Source of the DNA: an uncultured delta proteobacterium
GTDB lineage: Bacteria; Desulfobacterota; Binatia; UBA9968
Direction: 5' to 3'
NCBI GenBank assembly: GCA_963804165.1
Contig: CAWDPO010000010.1
Span: forward strand, 223,297 to 287,296
DNA length: 64,000 nucleotides
Shown: one piece after another, positions 20,581 through 34,214 of the stretch
Layout of the letters: each line of letters opens with the position of its first letter
Numbering within the stretch: position 1 is the first letter of the stretch
Translations under genes and position numbers: made by a program
Notes under the pieces: model-generated
What the model was told of the DNA's origin: nothing
The model's database searches: none
What the model saw: only the letters and a program-made list of their open reading frames with translations

Positions 20581-21398
20581 TCAACTGCCGATCGCCTCGA
20601 TCGGCACTTCCTGGACGTTGGCGGGTTTTTGCTGCGAGAAAAGTTCGCTAGGTAGGGCAGCGTTGAGCTCCGGCTGTTGGTAACGGATCTCGAGCTTCTT
20701 TTTTTGCAGAACGGCCTCGAAGACGATGCGCAGCGGAAACAGCCCGGCGGGCGTAGAAACGTAATCGCTGAAACGGGCGGTCAATTCGACTTTCTCGTCA
20801 GCAGTGAATCGTTCCCATTTGGTCGGCACCGGCTGGGACGACTCGAAGGTCAACACGTCGCGCTTGCGCCCGTTGGGAGAAAAAACCAGCGTGTTGCCTT
20901 CTTGCTTCGACGGCGCACTGACGTCGACTGGCGGCAGGCCGATCAGCAACGTAGTAATTTCTTCCAGCTCGAGGGGAATCTGCGTGTAGCGCCGTAGATT
21001 ATCTTTGGTGCGCCCGCCGCGCACAAAGACCCCTTCGCGCGGATGATAGCCGACGATCTCTTTGCTATTCGCCGTGACGATGAGAATCGCGCCCAAGAAC
21101 GTCAGCGTCTCCAAACGCAGGCGATCGGGCCGTTGCACTAAAACCGCTTCTTGAAAGCCATGCTTGCCTTCCGGTCCGGCGTAGTCAACCTGTGCGAGCG
21201 CGCGCATGGAGCGCAGCTGCTTGTCTCGTTGCGTGACCGATTCGATCAGTTTGCCCGCTTCCCACTGCGGCGCGGGCAGCTTGGGCTCGAGCGGCGGCGC
21301 AACCGTCGCGCAGCCGAACAGTCCGAGGGCGACCGTAGCCAAAAATAGACGTGTCAGGGAATGAACTAGGGCAACGACGGCGCGCCGCTCAACCAAGA

Positions 21399-21402
<4 letters not shown>
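20581..21402 (-). CDS. LolB-like / LolA-fold lipoprotein
   Basis: Lipobox LFGC; RPDRLRLE; follows a TPR gene. Confidence 0.65.
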
Positions 21403-25300
<3,898 letters not shown>

Positions 25301-25306
25301 TTAATA

Positions 25307-25627
25307 CTAATAACGATCGCGGCGCGGCGGCCGGCCACCGCCAGCGCCGAAACCGCCGCCGGAGCGCGAGTCGCGGGGTGCCTGCGGCCGCGCTTCGCTG
25401 ACGACGATATTGCGCCCCTCGAAGTCGGTGCCGTTCAACGCGTTGGTCGCCTTTTCAGCTTCTTGATCCGAGCTCATTTCGACGAAGCCGAAACCCTTCG
25501 AACGGCCGCTGAACTTGTCGGTAATGATCCGCGCGCTGACCACTGAGCCATGTTGCGCGAAGTGTTGCTGGAGCCTTTCCTCTGTCACGTTATAGGAAAG
25601 GTTCCCAACGTATAACTTTGCTCCCAT
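25307..25627 (-). CDS. RRM RNA-binding protein
   Basis: KLYVGNL (RNP2), KGFGFVEM (RNP1), Gly/Arg tail; AGGAGG RBS. Confidence 0.95.
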   Translation of the reverse strand: MGAKLYVGNLSYNVTEERLQQHFAQHGSVVSARIITDKFSGRSKGFGFVEMSSDQEAEKATNALNGTDFEGRNIVVSEARPQAPRDSRSGGGFGAGGGRPPRRDRY

Positions 25628-25872
25628 CTTGGCCCTCCTTGTTGGATCAACGAACAATCATTTGACGGACCCACTTAACCAAAGCGCAAGGCCTCAGACG
25701 GGTTTCATCAGCGGGACCATTCGCTCGGCGCGCTCTTCGGTAACCGGACCCTCGGGAAACGGCGTCAGCCTACAAAAGTCAAACCGCGATTGTCAAATCT
25801 TTTCCGCCAGCGGTATCGGCTTCAAAATACCTTGCCGGAGCGGGGCGCTTAAGCTAGATCAATGGAGGATTA

Positions 25873-26169
25873 ATGGAAATGGACAATTCTTCCGAACCAG
25901 CCCGAGTCCATTTTAAAGTTCGCGGTCGCGTGCAAGGAGTCTATTTTCGCGCGTCAACTGTGCAGCAGGCACAGGAACTCGGATTGACCGGCTGGGTTAG
26001 GAACTGTGACGATGGTTCGGTGGAGGGCATCGCAGAAGGTCCACGAAGCCGGCTTGAAACACTGATTTCCTGGTGTCGGCAAGGACCGCCGGGCGCCAAA
26101 GTCGCCAACGTCGAAGTCCAATGGCACATGGCCCAAAATGCTTTTCAAAGTTTTTTGATTAAGCGGTGA
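25873..26169 (+). CDS. acyP: Acylphosphatase
   Basis: VRGRVQGVYFR, GWVRN, GPPGA. Confidence 0.95.
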   Translation: MEMDNSSEPARVHFKVRGRVQGVYFRASTVQQAQELGLTGWVRNCDDGSVEGIAEGPRSRLETLISWCRQGPPGAKVANVEVQWHMAQNAFQSFLIKR

Positions 26170-26192
26170 CTGATAAATATTTGAACGCGCGG

Positions 26193-26228
26193 TCACTGGT
26201 GGGAGGCGGACTTTCCCCCCACCAGTGA
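26193..26228. terminator. Hairpin between convergent genes
   Basis: tcactggtggg...cccaccagtga, 11-bp stem. Confidence 0.7.
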
Positions 26229-26256
26229 AGCGGCGTGTGTGGCTAGGTTACGCGAT

Positions 26257-26391
26257 CTAGTCGCCTGGTTTTTCCGGCTTGGGCTTGGGGGGCGGTTCTT
26301 CCTGCGCGCTCACGGGCGCCGACAGATTGATGATCGAACCGACCAGATTGAGACCGAGAACGATTGCCAATGCCATCATGATTTTCTTCAT
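26257..26391 (-). CDS. 44-aa secreted protein (signal peptide + Pro/Lys-rich tail)
   Basis: MKKIMMALAIVLGLNLVGSIINLSAPVSA-QEEPPPKPKPEKPGD; AGGAGGT RBS. Confidence 0.75.
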   Translation of the reverse strand: MKKIMMALAIVLGLNLVGSIINLSAPVSAQEEPPPKPKPEKPGD

Positions 26392-26447
26392 ATGCGTTTC
26401 ACCTCCTCTCGCGCAAAAACTTTTCGGCTCTGTTTGACGTGGAGAGC

Positions 26448-26462
26448 GCAAGCCAAATGCCA
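26448..26462 (-). promoter_or_regulatory. Sigma54 (-24/-12) promoter
   Basis: TGGCATTTGGCTTGC = GG-N10-GC. Confidence 0.75.
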
Positions 26463-26783
26463 AAACTTCGATGATGACAGGAGCAAAAATAGGCGATAGA
26501 AAATGAATACATGGCGGATTGGCGCGGAATCGGTGGAATAATGCTGTTGCAAGTCACCACAACCAAAAACCAAACGAGTTGTTGGCGCGGCTCCAAGCCA
26601 ATGATTTGCAACGATAAACATCAGATTTAGAAATTCCCTACAGTACCGCGGCAAGTTGCAACAGGTAACGTGACTATCATTCGGGCAGATTATGGAAATG
26701 TCGCCAACAGCCGAAGGTTTTCTCTCCCATTCGGAGATTGAACAATTAGGAATAATATTTGCTGTGTTGCATCGGCACCCCTT

Positions 26784-28325
26784 GTGAAGCTCGGAACAAA
26801 AATTATCCTCCTTGTTGTGCTCACGGTTGCAATGACGATGGCCATCCACGGCTATCTGAGCATTCAGCAAGATCAAGAAAACATTGAGCGCGGCGTGCGC
26901 CTTGGCATGCGCGGTTTCGCGCAAGCCGTGCGGGCGGCCCTCAGAGACCTCTACGCCGATAACGAAAATATCGAAGCGACGCGGGAGTTCGCGATAGCGG
27001 TCGCGCCCCGGGGTAATATTCACGGATTAATTATCTACGACATTAATGCGCAGCCCGTGGCGATTTCACCATCGCTCAACTACCCGGGCGACTTTCCCGA
27101 ACTGAATCCCGCACCGATCCTGCGCCTGGATCCGCGTCCGGCGTTGCGCGAAAAGAAGGAAAGCGAAGGATACCTTCGAGACCAGAACGTTTTTATCTAT
27201 TATCGTATCGAGCCGATCTATAGCTCTGGGGGTCGCATGACAGGCGCCTTTGTTCTGGCCCGCCACGGCACGGCACTGATTTCCTCGATCGCCGACAGAC
27301 GCAATCGAATAATGATCACAACGTCAGCGCTAATCCTCTTGCTCTCGTTGTTTGTGTGGATCATCGTGCAGCGCAGCGTCGCCCGGCCAATCCATCGCCT
27401 CATCGAGCGCATTCGCGCAGTCGGACGCGGTCATTGGGAGCAGCGTATCGATATTAGCGGTGACGACGAAATCGCCTCCCTGGCGCGCGAATTCAATCTA
27501 ATGTCCGAAGAGCTGCAGAATATGTATTCCCGTTTGACGGCGGAGCAACTTGAGAAGCTCAAATTGGAGCAGGACCTGCGCCGCTCGGAACGTTTGGCTT
27601 CCGTCGGGCAGCTCGCCGCGGGGCTCGCTCATGAACTCGGCACGCCGCTCAACATCATCTCCGGACGAGCCGAGCACCTGTTGCGCCGGGCGCGCAGCGT
27701 CGATGAAATGAGAGACAACTTGCAAATTATCACCTCCCAGAGCGAACGTATCACTGCTATTGTCCGCCAGCTGCTCGATTTTTCCCGGCGCCGGGACCCG
27801 CTATTTCGTACCGTTGACATCGGCGTATTGTTGAAGAAGGTGACTGACTTACTGGCCCATCAGCTGGAAAAGAAATTGATAAGGGTCGACTTGTCATGCC
27901 CCACACCGGCGCCGCAACTTCGCGCCGACGCGGAATTGTTGCAGCAGGTTTTCATGAACCTTTGCGCGAACGCGATCTACGCGCTCGATATCGGCGGCGT
28001 GATCAAAATCCGGGTTGAACCTATGGGGACCAGCCAAGCCGCCGGCAATGCGAACGGCGCGTCCCATGGAGTGCGCGTTATTTTCGAAGACAACGGCGCC
28101 GGCATCGCCGGTGAGAATCTCGGTCGTATCTTCGATCCTTTTTTCACCACGAAGGATATTGGCGAAGGCAGCGGTCTCGGCCTGTCCGTCGCCTTCGGCA
28201 TCATCAAGGATCACGCGGGAGAGATTCGGGTTGAAAGCGAACAGGGGAAATACACGCGCTTCGTGATCGATCTGCCAGACGCCGCTGCGAAACCGAAAAC
28301 CGCATCGCAACAGATTGCGTCATAA
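26784..28325 (+). CDS. Membrane sensor histidine kinase (HAMP, HisKA, HATPase), NtrB-like clade
   Basis: Two TM segments; LAAGLAHELGTPL, QVFMNLCANA, DNGAGI, FDPFFTTK, GSGLGL. Confidence 0.93.
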   Translation: MKLGTKIILLVVLTVAMTMAIHGYLSIQQDQENIERGVRLGMRGFAQAVRAALRDLYADNENIEATREFAIAVAPRGNIHGLIIYDINAQPVAISPSLNYPGDFPELNPAPILRLDPRPALREKKESEGYLRDQNVFIYYRIEPIYSSGGRMTGAFVLARHGTALISSIADRRNRIMITTSALILLLSLFVWIIVQRSVARPIHRLIERIRAVGRGHWEQRIDISGDDEIASLAREFNLMSEELQNMYSRLTAEQLEKLKLEQDLRRSERLASVGQLAAGLAHELGTPLNIISGRAEHLLRRARSVDEMRDNLQIITSQSERITAIVRQLLDFSRRRDPLFRTVDIGVLLKKVTDLLAHQLEKKLIRVDLSCPTPAPQLRADAELLQQVFMNLCANAIYALDIGGVIKIRVEPMGTSQAAGNANGASHGVRVIFEDNGAGIAGENLGRIFDPFFTTKDIGEGSGLGLSVAFGIIKDHAGEIRVESEQGKYTRFVIDLPDAAAKPKTASQQIAS

Positions 28326-28502
28326 ATCCTGGATCGGAAGCTCTGGTTATTCATACCCTGCGGGCCGATCGTCGAACCCGCGGGGGGAGCCTCGCGAAGT
28401 CTATCACTGAATGGCGTTGCGATCGTCCACCCTACTTTGCGTCGCGTCAGTTTTTCCGCATTCATCAGCCTGCACTTTGGCGCCACCGGCACACGCGGCC
28501 GG

Positions 28503-29342
28503 TTAACAATTGTTCTTTTTGCCCTGTGCCAGTGTCAGCCGATAAATGGCTTTCTTGGAGTAGCCATACTGTTCGCTCAAAACTTCAGCGATGGCTTTAA
28601 CGTGCAGTCCGTCGCGCCGTAGCCGGAGAATATCGGCTTCCAGAGTTGCCTCCGAGATCGGCGCCTCAGCGGAGAAACCTTGAACTACCAGCGTGATTTC
28701 ACCGCGAATCTCCCGGTTTTCGAGTCGAAGCTGCACTTCGCTCACCGGGCCGCGGCAAAATTCCTCGTGGACCTTGGTCATCTCGCGAGCGATAACGATC
28801 TGGCGATCGCCTATGAGCTCGCGCATGTCCGACAAGCTATCTTTAAGCCGGTGCGGCGCCTCATAGAAGACAAGAGTTCGCGTCTCATTCCGCAGCGCCG
28901 ACAGCCTTCTGCGCCTTTCTTGTTTTTTCCCAGGCAAAAAACCCTCGAAGATGAAACGGCCCGATGGCAGGCCACTGCTACTCATGACCGCGGCGAGCGC
29001 CGATGCGCCGGGAATCGGCGTTACTTTAATGCCCGCGGCGATTGCGCCGAGAACAAGACGGTAACCGGGATCCGAGATCGCCGGTGTGCCCGCGTCCGAG
29101 ACCAGAGCGATACTCTCGCCGCGCAATAGACGCTCGACCAGGGACTGGGCTTTACTCTGCTCGTTGTGCTCGTGATAACTGGTCAGCGGCGTTTTAATGC
29201 CGTAATAATTGAGCAGGTTGAGGGTATGACGAGTGTCCTCGGCGGCGATCAGATCTGCTTCTTTCAGAACGCGCAGCGCTCGAAGCGTGATATCTTCGAG
29301 GTTGCCGATCGGAGTAGCGACGATGTAGAGCAACCCGGGCAT
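28503..29342 (-). CDS. rsmI: 16S rRNA (cytidine1402-2'-O)-methyltransferase
   Basis: LYIVATPIGNLEDIT, AEDTR, VSDAGTPAISDPG, AREMTKVHEE. Confidence 0.96.
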   Translation of the reverse strand: MPGLLYIVATPIGNLEDITLRALRVLKEADLIAAEDTRHTLNLLNYYGIKTPLTSYHEHNEQSKAQSLVERLLRGESIALVSDAGTPAISDPGYRLVLGAIAAGIKVTPIPGASALAAVMSSSGLPSGRFIFEGFLPGKKQERRRRLSALRNETRTLVFYEAPHRLKDSLSDMRELIGDRQIVIAREMTKVHEEFCRGPVSEVQLRLENREIRGEITLVVQGFSAEAPISEATLEADILRLRRDGLHVKAIAEVLSEQYGYSKKAIYRLTLAQGKKNNC

Positions 29343-29365
29343 TCGCAGCGCTCCTGCTACGCGGA

Positions 29366-29418
29366 TTGAGAATCGAGGATCGAGGGACGCGATCTTCTAT
29401 CTTCGATCATCGACTCTC
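29366..29418. repeat. Degenerate heptamer repeats (ATCGAGG) in inverted arrangement
   Basis: ttgagaatcgaggatcgaggg...atcttctatcttcgatcatcgactctc; weaker copy at ~8436-8469. Confidence 0.65.
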
Positions 29419-29423
29419 CTGTC

Positions 29424-30245
29424 TCACTTGCCCCAATCCCGCGAATAGCGAAAATCACGGTCGATGGTTCGATGCGACACTTTGGCAATCACCGGCAGGC
29501 GTCGCTTAAATTGTGTAGTCATGATCTGGAGAGCAACTCTATCGATAAACGTTTCAGTAAATCCTAAAGTCATTAGCTCCGGCTTGGTGCAACGCTGATC
29601 GACCATCATATAGAGAAGCTTGTCCACTTCCCGGTAAGTGAATCCCAACTCTCCCTCGTCGGTTTGACCTACCCAGAGATCGGCTGAGGGCTCCTTTGCG
29701 ACTATCACCGATGGCACGCCGATCGCTTCGGCCAACGCCCAGACCTGCGTCTTGTAAAGATCGCCGAGCGGATTTATCGCCGAAGCCATATCCCCGTACA
29801 GCGTCCCATAGCCGAGCAATAATTCGGTTTTGTTGCTCGTGCCGATCACCAAGCCGTTCCAGTGGGCCGAATGATCGTAGAGTATCGTCATGCGCTCGCG
29901 CGCCATCTTGTTGCCGCGCCGCCGCGCATCGGCGTCCGGGAAGCGCTCGAAGTAGGCATCGATTTGCGGCGTAATATCGACGACCAGCGATTGGAGGCCG
30001 ATTTTCTGTACGACCACCTCGGCATGCGCCAGGCTATCGGGATTGGAACTTTTGTAGGGCATCAAAATAGCGAGCACGTTTTTCGCGCCGAGCGCTTCGG
30101 CCGCCAGCATGGCGCTGAGCGCCGAATCGACGCCGCCGGATAGTCCCACGACGGCTTTGCCCAAGCCGGTCTTGTGCACTTCATTGCGGATAAATCCGGT
30201 GAGGATTTCGCGCAACAGCGGCGCGTTGGAAGGAATTTGAATCAT
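29424..30245 (-). CDS. nadE: NAD+ synthetase (synthetase domain only)
   Basis: [35 protein letters not shown]. Confidence 0.95.
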   Translation of the reverse strand: MIQIPSNAPLLREILTGFIRNEVHKTGLGKAVVGLSGGVDSALSAMLAAEALGAKNVLAILMPYKSSNPDSLAHAEVVVQKIGLQSLVVDITPQIDAYFERFPDADARRRGNKMARERMTILYDHSAHWNGLVIGTSNKTELLLGYGTLYGDMASAINPLGDLYKTQVWALAEAIGVPSVIVAKEPSADLWVGQTDEGELGFTYREVDKLLYMMVDQRCTKPELMTLGFTETFIDRVALQIMTTQFKRRLPVIAKVSHRTIDRDFRYSRDWGK

Positions 30246-30270
30246 GACTGCTACGACAGGGAGCCGGAGA

Positions 30271-31191
30271 CTAGCGCTTTCGCTTTTTTGACGCTTTGAA
30301 GCGTTGAACTTTCGAACCTTTGAGCTTTTGCGCGAAATACGCCGCTGGCCGCTCGCGAATCCGCATCAACTCGTTGATCGTAAGATCGATGTCCTCATCG
30401 CGCAGCAAGGGCGACATCGTGCGTTTACGCCGAACTGATTCTAAAGCGACTTCCGCGACGATAAAATCTTCCTCATAGTACTTGGCTTTGGCGATACATT
30501 GACCGAAGGGATCGACGACTTCCGAGCCGCCCCAAAACCCCACGCCGTCCTCGAAACCGCAGCGATTACCGTAAATCATGAACAGACTGTAAGTCTCTGC
30601 GTAGGTACGATTGATCATCTCCCAGTAGCGCGCGTTGTCGTCCCGAGCTTGCCCGTCGACGATACCGCGCAGCGGACTCGCCGATGGGCAGAGAACCGCA
30701 AGCGCGCCGTCCAAAGCAGCCAGATAAATCGTCGACGGGTGCCACAGGTCCTCACAGATCAGCAGCGCCAAACGGCCGAATTTCGAATTGAAGACGCGAA
30801 TCCGGTCACCTGCGGCGAAATAGCGCTGCTCGTCGAACATGCCGTAGGTCGGCAAGTAGACCTTGCGGTGCGTGTGGCGAATTTCGCCGTCCTCAAAATA
30901 TACCGCAGAATTGAAAAACCGATGGTCGGCGCTTTCTTCGACGAGACCGGCGACGAACGGTAACTTGCCGCTTAGCTTCTTCAGCGTTTTCATTTCCGCG
31001 GCATTCATCGTCAGCGCGACGCTGGGAACCGTGTCGCGAAGATAGTAACCCGTGAGACTCAACTCGGGAAAAAGCAGGAGATCAGCCGCCTCTTTCTCCG
31101 CCCGGCGAATAGTTTGCTCATAAAGACCCATGTTGGCCCCGAGGTCGCCGAGTTTCGGATTTATTTGCGCAATCGCGATGCGAATCGACAC
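30271..31191 (-). CDS. Carbon-nitrogen hydrolase; probable glutaminase subunit of NAD synthetase
   Basis: GTG start ([12 protein letters not shown]) with GGAG RBS; [32 protein letters not shown] catalytic triad. Confidence 0.88.
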   Translation of the reverse strand: MSIRIAIAQINPKLGDLGANMGLYEQTIRRAEKEAADLLLFPELSLTGYYLRDTVPSVALTMNAAEMKTLKKLSGKLPFVAGLVEESADHRFFNSAVYFEDGEIRHTHRKVYLPTYGMFDEQRYFAAGDRIRVFNSKFGRLALLICEDLWHPSTIYLAALDGALAVLCPSASPLRGIVDGQARDDNARYWEMINRTYAETYSLFMIYGNRCGFEDGVGFWGGSEVVDPFGQCIAKAKYYEEDFIVAEVALESVRRKRTMSPLLRDEDIDLTINELMRIRERPAAYFAQKLKGSKVQRFKASKKRKR

Positions 31192-31335
31192 AGCTGAGTC
31201 TCCATTATAGAAACGCCGCAATAAATTCTTAAGAAAGTAACATAGGGGTGAGCTCACTTGCAATTTAGCCGCTGCGCGCCTATTTTTGAGATGAATTCTA
31301 TTGACCAAGGAACTTTGCCGGGTTGTCCAACGTCC

Positions 31336-31560
31336 ATGGATGAAAAAGTTCTTATCTTCGGAAAAGATCTCTGACCGTACACTGCCGGTGCCCGGGAGGC
31401 ATTCACGCGCCGTAAAATTCCTCACGAATATGTCAACGTACTTGAAGACGACCAAGGCCTGGCGCGCATGCTCAAGGTTACCAACGGCCGGCGCCAAGTA
31501 CCCGTCATTGTCGAAGCTGGCAAAGTCACCATCGGTTTCGGCGGGTCGTGAGAAGTCTAG
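31336..31560 (+). CDS. Glutaredoxin-like selenoprotein with two Sec (UXX-star type)
   Basis: MDEKVLIFGKDL-U-PYTAGAREAF...NGRRQVPVIVEAGKVTIGFGGS-U-EV*; TGA at 31372 and 31549. Confidence 0.88.
31387..31403 (+). promoter_or_regulatory. SECIS-like hairpin 1
   Basis: ggtgcc-cggga-ggcatt, starting 12 nt after the first UGA. Confidence 0.6.
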
Positions 31561-31563
31561 CGC

Positions 31564-31578
31564 GCCGGCGGTGTCGGC
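31564..31578 (+). promoter_or_regulatory. SECIS-like hairpin 2
   Basis: gccggc-ggt-gtcggc, starting 12 nt after the second UGA. Confidence 0.6.
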
Positions 31579-31627
31579 CCGATTTGCCAGTCGCCCATCC
31601 GCGTAATCGAACGGTGTAAGGCCGAGC

Positions 31628-32704
31628 GTGACCGAGCCCATCAAGCAGCGAATCACCGATAAGATCAAAGCGGTCTACGGCGCTCATGCGACGTTGACCT
31701 CGCTCGTGCCGCTCGCCGGCGATGCGTCGAGCCGACGTTATTACCGGGCGCATGTGAGCGGCCCCGGCATGCCGTCATCCATTATCGTCATGGAGCTTCC
31801 GGCGGGGAGTTCACTACCGCTATCCAGCGAAGAGCTGGCGATATTCAAGGAAAGTCCCAAGGAACTGCCCTTCTTGAACATGCATCGTTTTCTAAGCCGG
31901 ACCGGCGTCAACGTCCCGCAACTCTATGGTCAATGGGAAGAGGAAGGCATTCTATTGCTCGAAGACCTCGGCGATACCGCGCTTTGGGACCGGGTCCAGG
32001 GGCTGTCGGAGAGTGCTGTCCTTGGGTGGTATCAAAAGGCCATCGACGAGCTATTGAATTTACAAATCCGCGGTACGCAGAATCGCGACGTCTCTTGCAT
32101 CGCTTTCCAGCAGCGCTTCGATTTTAAGCTCTACATGTGGGAGTTCGCGCATTTCATCGAATGGGGTCTGGAAAAACGTCCGGGCTCGGCCATCAGCAGC
32201 GCCGCGGTCGATCAGTTGCGCAAATCGTTCGCCGTGATCGCCGAACTTCTGGATCGTCAAACGCCCTGTTTGAGCCATCGCGATTACCATAGTTGGAACT
32301 TGATGATTTGTAACGAAGCGGTCAGGATCATCGATTTTCAAGATGCCTTGATGGCGCCGCCACACTACGATCTCGCTTCCCTCCTCAACGACCGGATCAC
32401 GGACAGCGTCGTTCGGCCGCCGCTCGAAGAGCGGCTTGTTCGTTATTATATCGACCGGAGCCGCGAGCTGAACGGAGGCCTCAACCCGGCCGATGAATTT
32501 TTCGAGATTTACCGTCTGTCGACGATTCAAAGGGACCTGAAAGTCGTCGGCCGTTTCTATTATCTCGATCTCGTGAAGGGCAAGCCGGGCTACATGAAAT
32601 TCGTCCCATCGACGGTGCGGCGCCTTAAACGCAATCTCGCCAGCGTCCCGCAAACACAAGCGATACTGAATTTACTGCTCGACAATTTCGAGGCGATGCA
32701 ATGA
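31628..32704 (+). CDS. amgK: Anomeric MurNAc/GlcNAc kinase (phosphotransferase family)
   Basis: LAGDASSRRYYR, LLEDLGD, HRDYHSWNL, IIDFQDA; adjacent to a nucleotidyltransferase. Confidence 0.82.
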   Translation: MTEPIKQRITDKIKAVYGAHATLTSLVPLAGDASSRRYYRAHVSGPGMPSSIIVMELPAGSSLPLSSEELAIFKESPKELPFLNMHRFLSRTGVNVPQLYGQWEEEGILLLEDLGDTALWDRVQGLSESAVLGWYQKAIDELLNLQIRGTQNRDVSCIAFQQRFDFKLYMWEFAHFIEWGLEKRPGSAISSAAVDQLRKSFAVIAELLDRQTPCLSHRDYHSWNLMICNEAVRIIDFQDALMAPPHYDLASLLNDRITDSVVRPPLEERLVRYYIDRSRELNGGLNPADEFFEIYRLSTIQRDLKVVGRFYYLDLVKGKPGYMKFVPSTVRRLKRNLASVPQTQAILNLLLDNFEAMQ

Positions 32705-33209
32705 AAGCGATGGTCTTGGCCGCGGGCCAAGGCACGCGCCTGCGTCCGATCACCGACAGCAAACCCAAAGCCCTCGTCCCCGTCGCAGGACGGCCCATGA
32801 TCGAGTATGCGTTATTGCTCCTGCGCCATTACGGCATTTACGAGATCATCATCAATCTGCACCACTTCGGAGAACAAATCGAAAGTTTGCTCGGCGACGG
32901 TAAACGGCATGGCCTAGAGCTCTCCTACTCGAGAGAAACGGAGCTGTTGGACACCGGGGGAGGTCTTCTCAAGGCAAAATCGTTCCTGCAAGACGGCAGC
33001 TTTATCGTAATCAACACTGACGCGCTCATCGATTTGAATTTGGCCGACGTCATCGCGTTTCACAAGAGCAAAAACGCCGCTGCCACGCTCGTGCTTCGGC
33101 CCGATGAGAACGCGGATCAATACGGCTCGATGGACATAGACGACGGCAGCCGCATTTGCCGTTTTCTTGAGAGCAAGGCGCCGATAGAACCGGCGGGGCC
33201 ATCGAGAAT
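32701..33209 (+). CDS. murU: NTP transferase (MurU-like), cut at the junction
   Basis: KAMVLAAGQGTRLRPIT..KPK, LDTGGGL; homology ends at ...PAGPSR. Confidence 0.78.
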
Positions 33210-33220
33210 TCGACCGGCGG
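33200..33220. other. Junction between two unrelated genomes
   Basis: Abrupt GC/codon shift; two truncated housekeeping genes meet on opposite strands; error rate changes. Confidence 0.9.
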
Positions 33221-33590
33221 CGAGGTCGGCGCCGCGCGCGGACTGGGCGACGAAGTCGAGCATCAGCGCCGACGCGCGGGCCAGGTCCTCCCGGGCCTGC
33301 TCGTCGGTGCTGTCGATCAGCGGCGTGGTCGCGAGCATCGCGGTCGCGGCCTGGACGTCGCGGCGCGGTCGCCGCGTGCGGACGGGCAGCTCGACCGGTT
33401 CGGCGGCCGGCAGGCCGGGCGCGAGCGTCCCGTCGACGAGCAGGCCCCAGACCTGCTCGAACGGCACCGTCCCGACGAGCTCCTCGATGTCCACGCCGCG
33501 GTAGCGCAGCGCGCCGCCGTCGCGGTCGGGCTCGGCGATCTCGCTGGCGAAGGCGACGACGCCTTCGAGCCCCGAATGCACCTCGTTCAT
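33210..33590 (-). CDS. citA: Citrate synthase 2 (actinobacterial), N-terminal fragment
   Basis: GLEGVVAFASEIAEPDRDGGALRYRGVDIEELVG..FEQVWGLLVDG. Confidence 0.85.
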
Positions 33591-34196
33591 GCCTGCTCCT
33601 CACGCCGGCGCCGGCGGTACCGGCGCGCCTTTTCCACGTTCCCGCAGCCACTGGGCGAGCACCAGCGGCGGACCGCTCCGGCGAGCGGTCGAAGAAGCGC
33701 GCGCTGCAGGTCTCCGACGCGCAGACGCGGATGCGCGAGACCTCGGCCGCGCCGAACATCCGCGCCGCGTCGAGGGCGAGCAGCCCGAGGCCGTGCGCGG
33801 CGGCATCGTCGGGCTTGACGGGGCGCAGGGCGAGCGACCCGTCCGGCGCGCGGACCAGCTCCTCGCGCCGCGCGGGCAGCGCTGCGGCGAGCGCTTCGCG
33901 GGTCGCCTCGGGGACCGGCTCGCCGGCAGCACCGCCGTCACCCCGGCGTCGATCGCCTCGCGCAGTCGCGCGCGGTGCTGCGAGCGCGGCGCGCGTCACG
34001 CGCGGCTGCACGTCGAGCACCTCGGCCGCGACCAGCCACTCGGCCAGATCGTCCTCGGTCACCAGCGTCTCGACGTTGCGCCACCAGCGCTCGCGCAGCG
34101 TGTTGACGAAGTCCAGCGCCGGCCGCCCGGCCGTGCCAGTACCACCACGGCGCGCCGCGCTCGAGCGGAAGCCGGAGGTCCGTCGGGCAGGTCCAT
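33587..34196 (-). CDS. ABATE/CGNR zinc-finger protein (frameshifted)
   Basis: PALDFVNTLRERW, RIRVCASETCSARFFDRS, WC...CGN. Confidence 0.8.
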
Positions 34197-34214
34197 AACC
34201 ACATGATTGCCGAT

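Noticed and set aside
25695-25730. CTGATGA on the minus strand as a hammerhead ribozyme core
   Set aside because: I could not find stem II followed by GAAA or the flanking helices
31192-31668. N-terminal extension of the nitrilase ORF (465 aa) and the 31301-31606 ORF
   Set aside because: Antisense or off-frame shadows of the selenoprotein gene; the nitrilase fold begins at GTG 31191
32701-33504. 267-aa ORF as a novel nucleotidyltransferase fusion
   Set aside because: Its C-terminus is the antisense reading of the citrate synthase fragment across the junction
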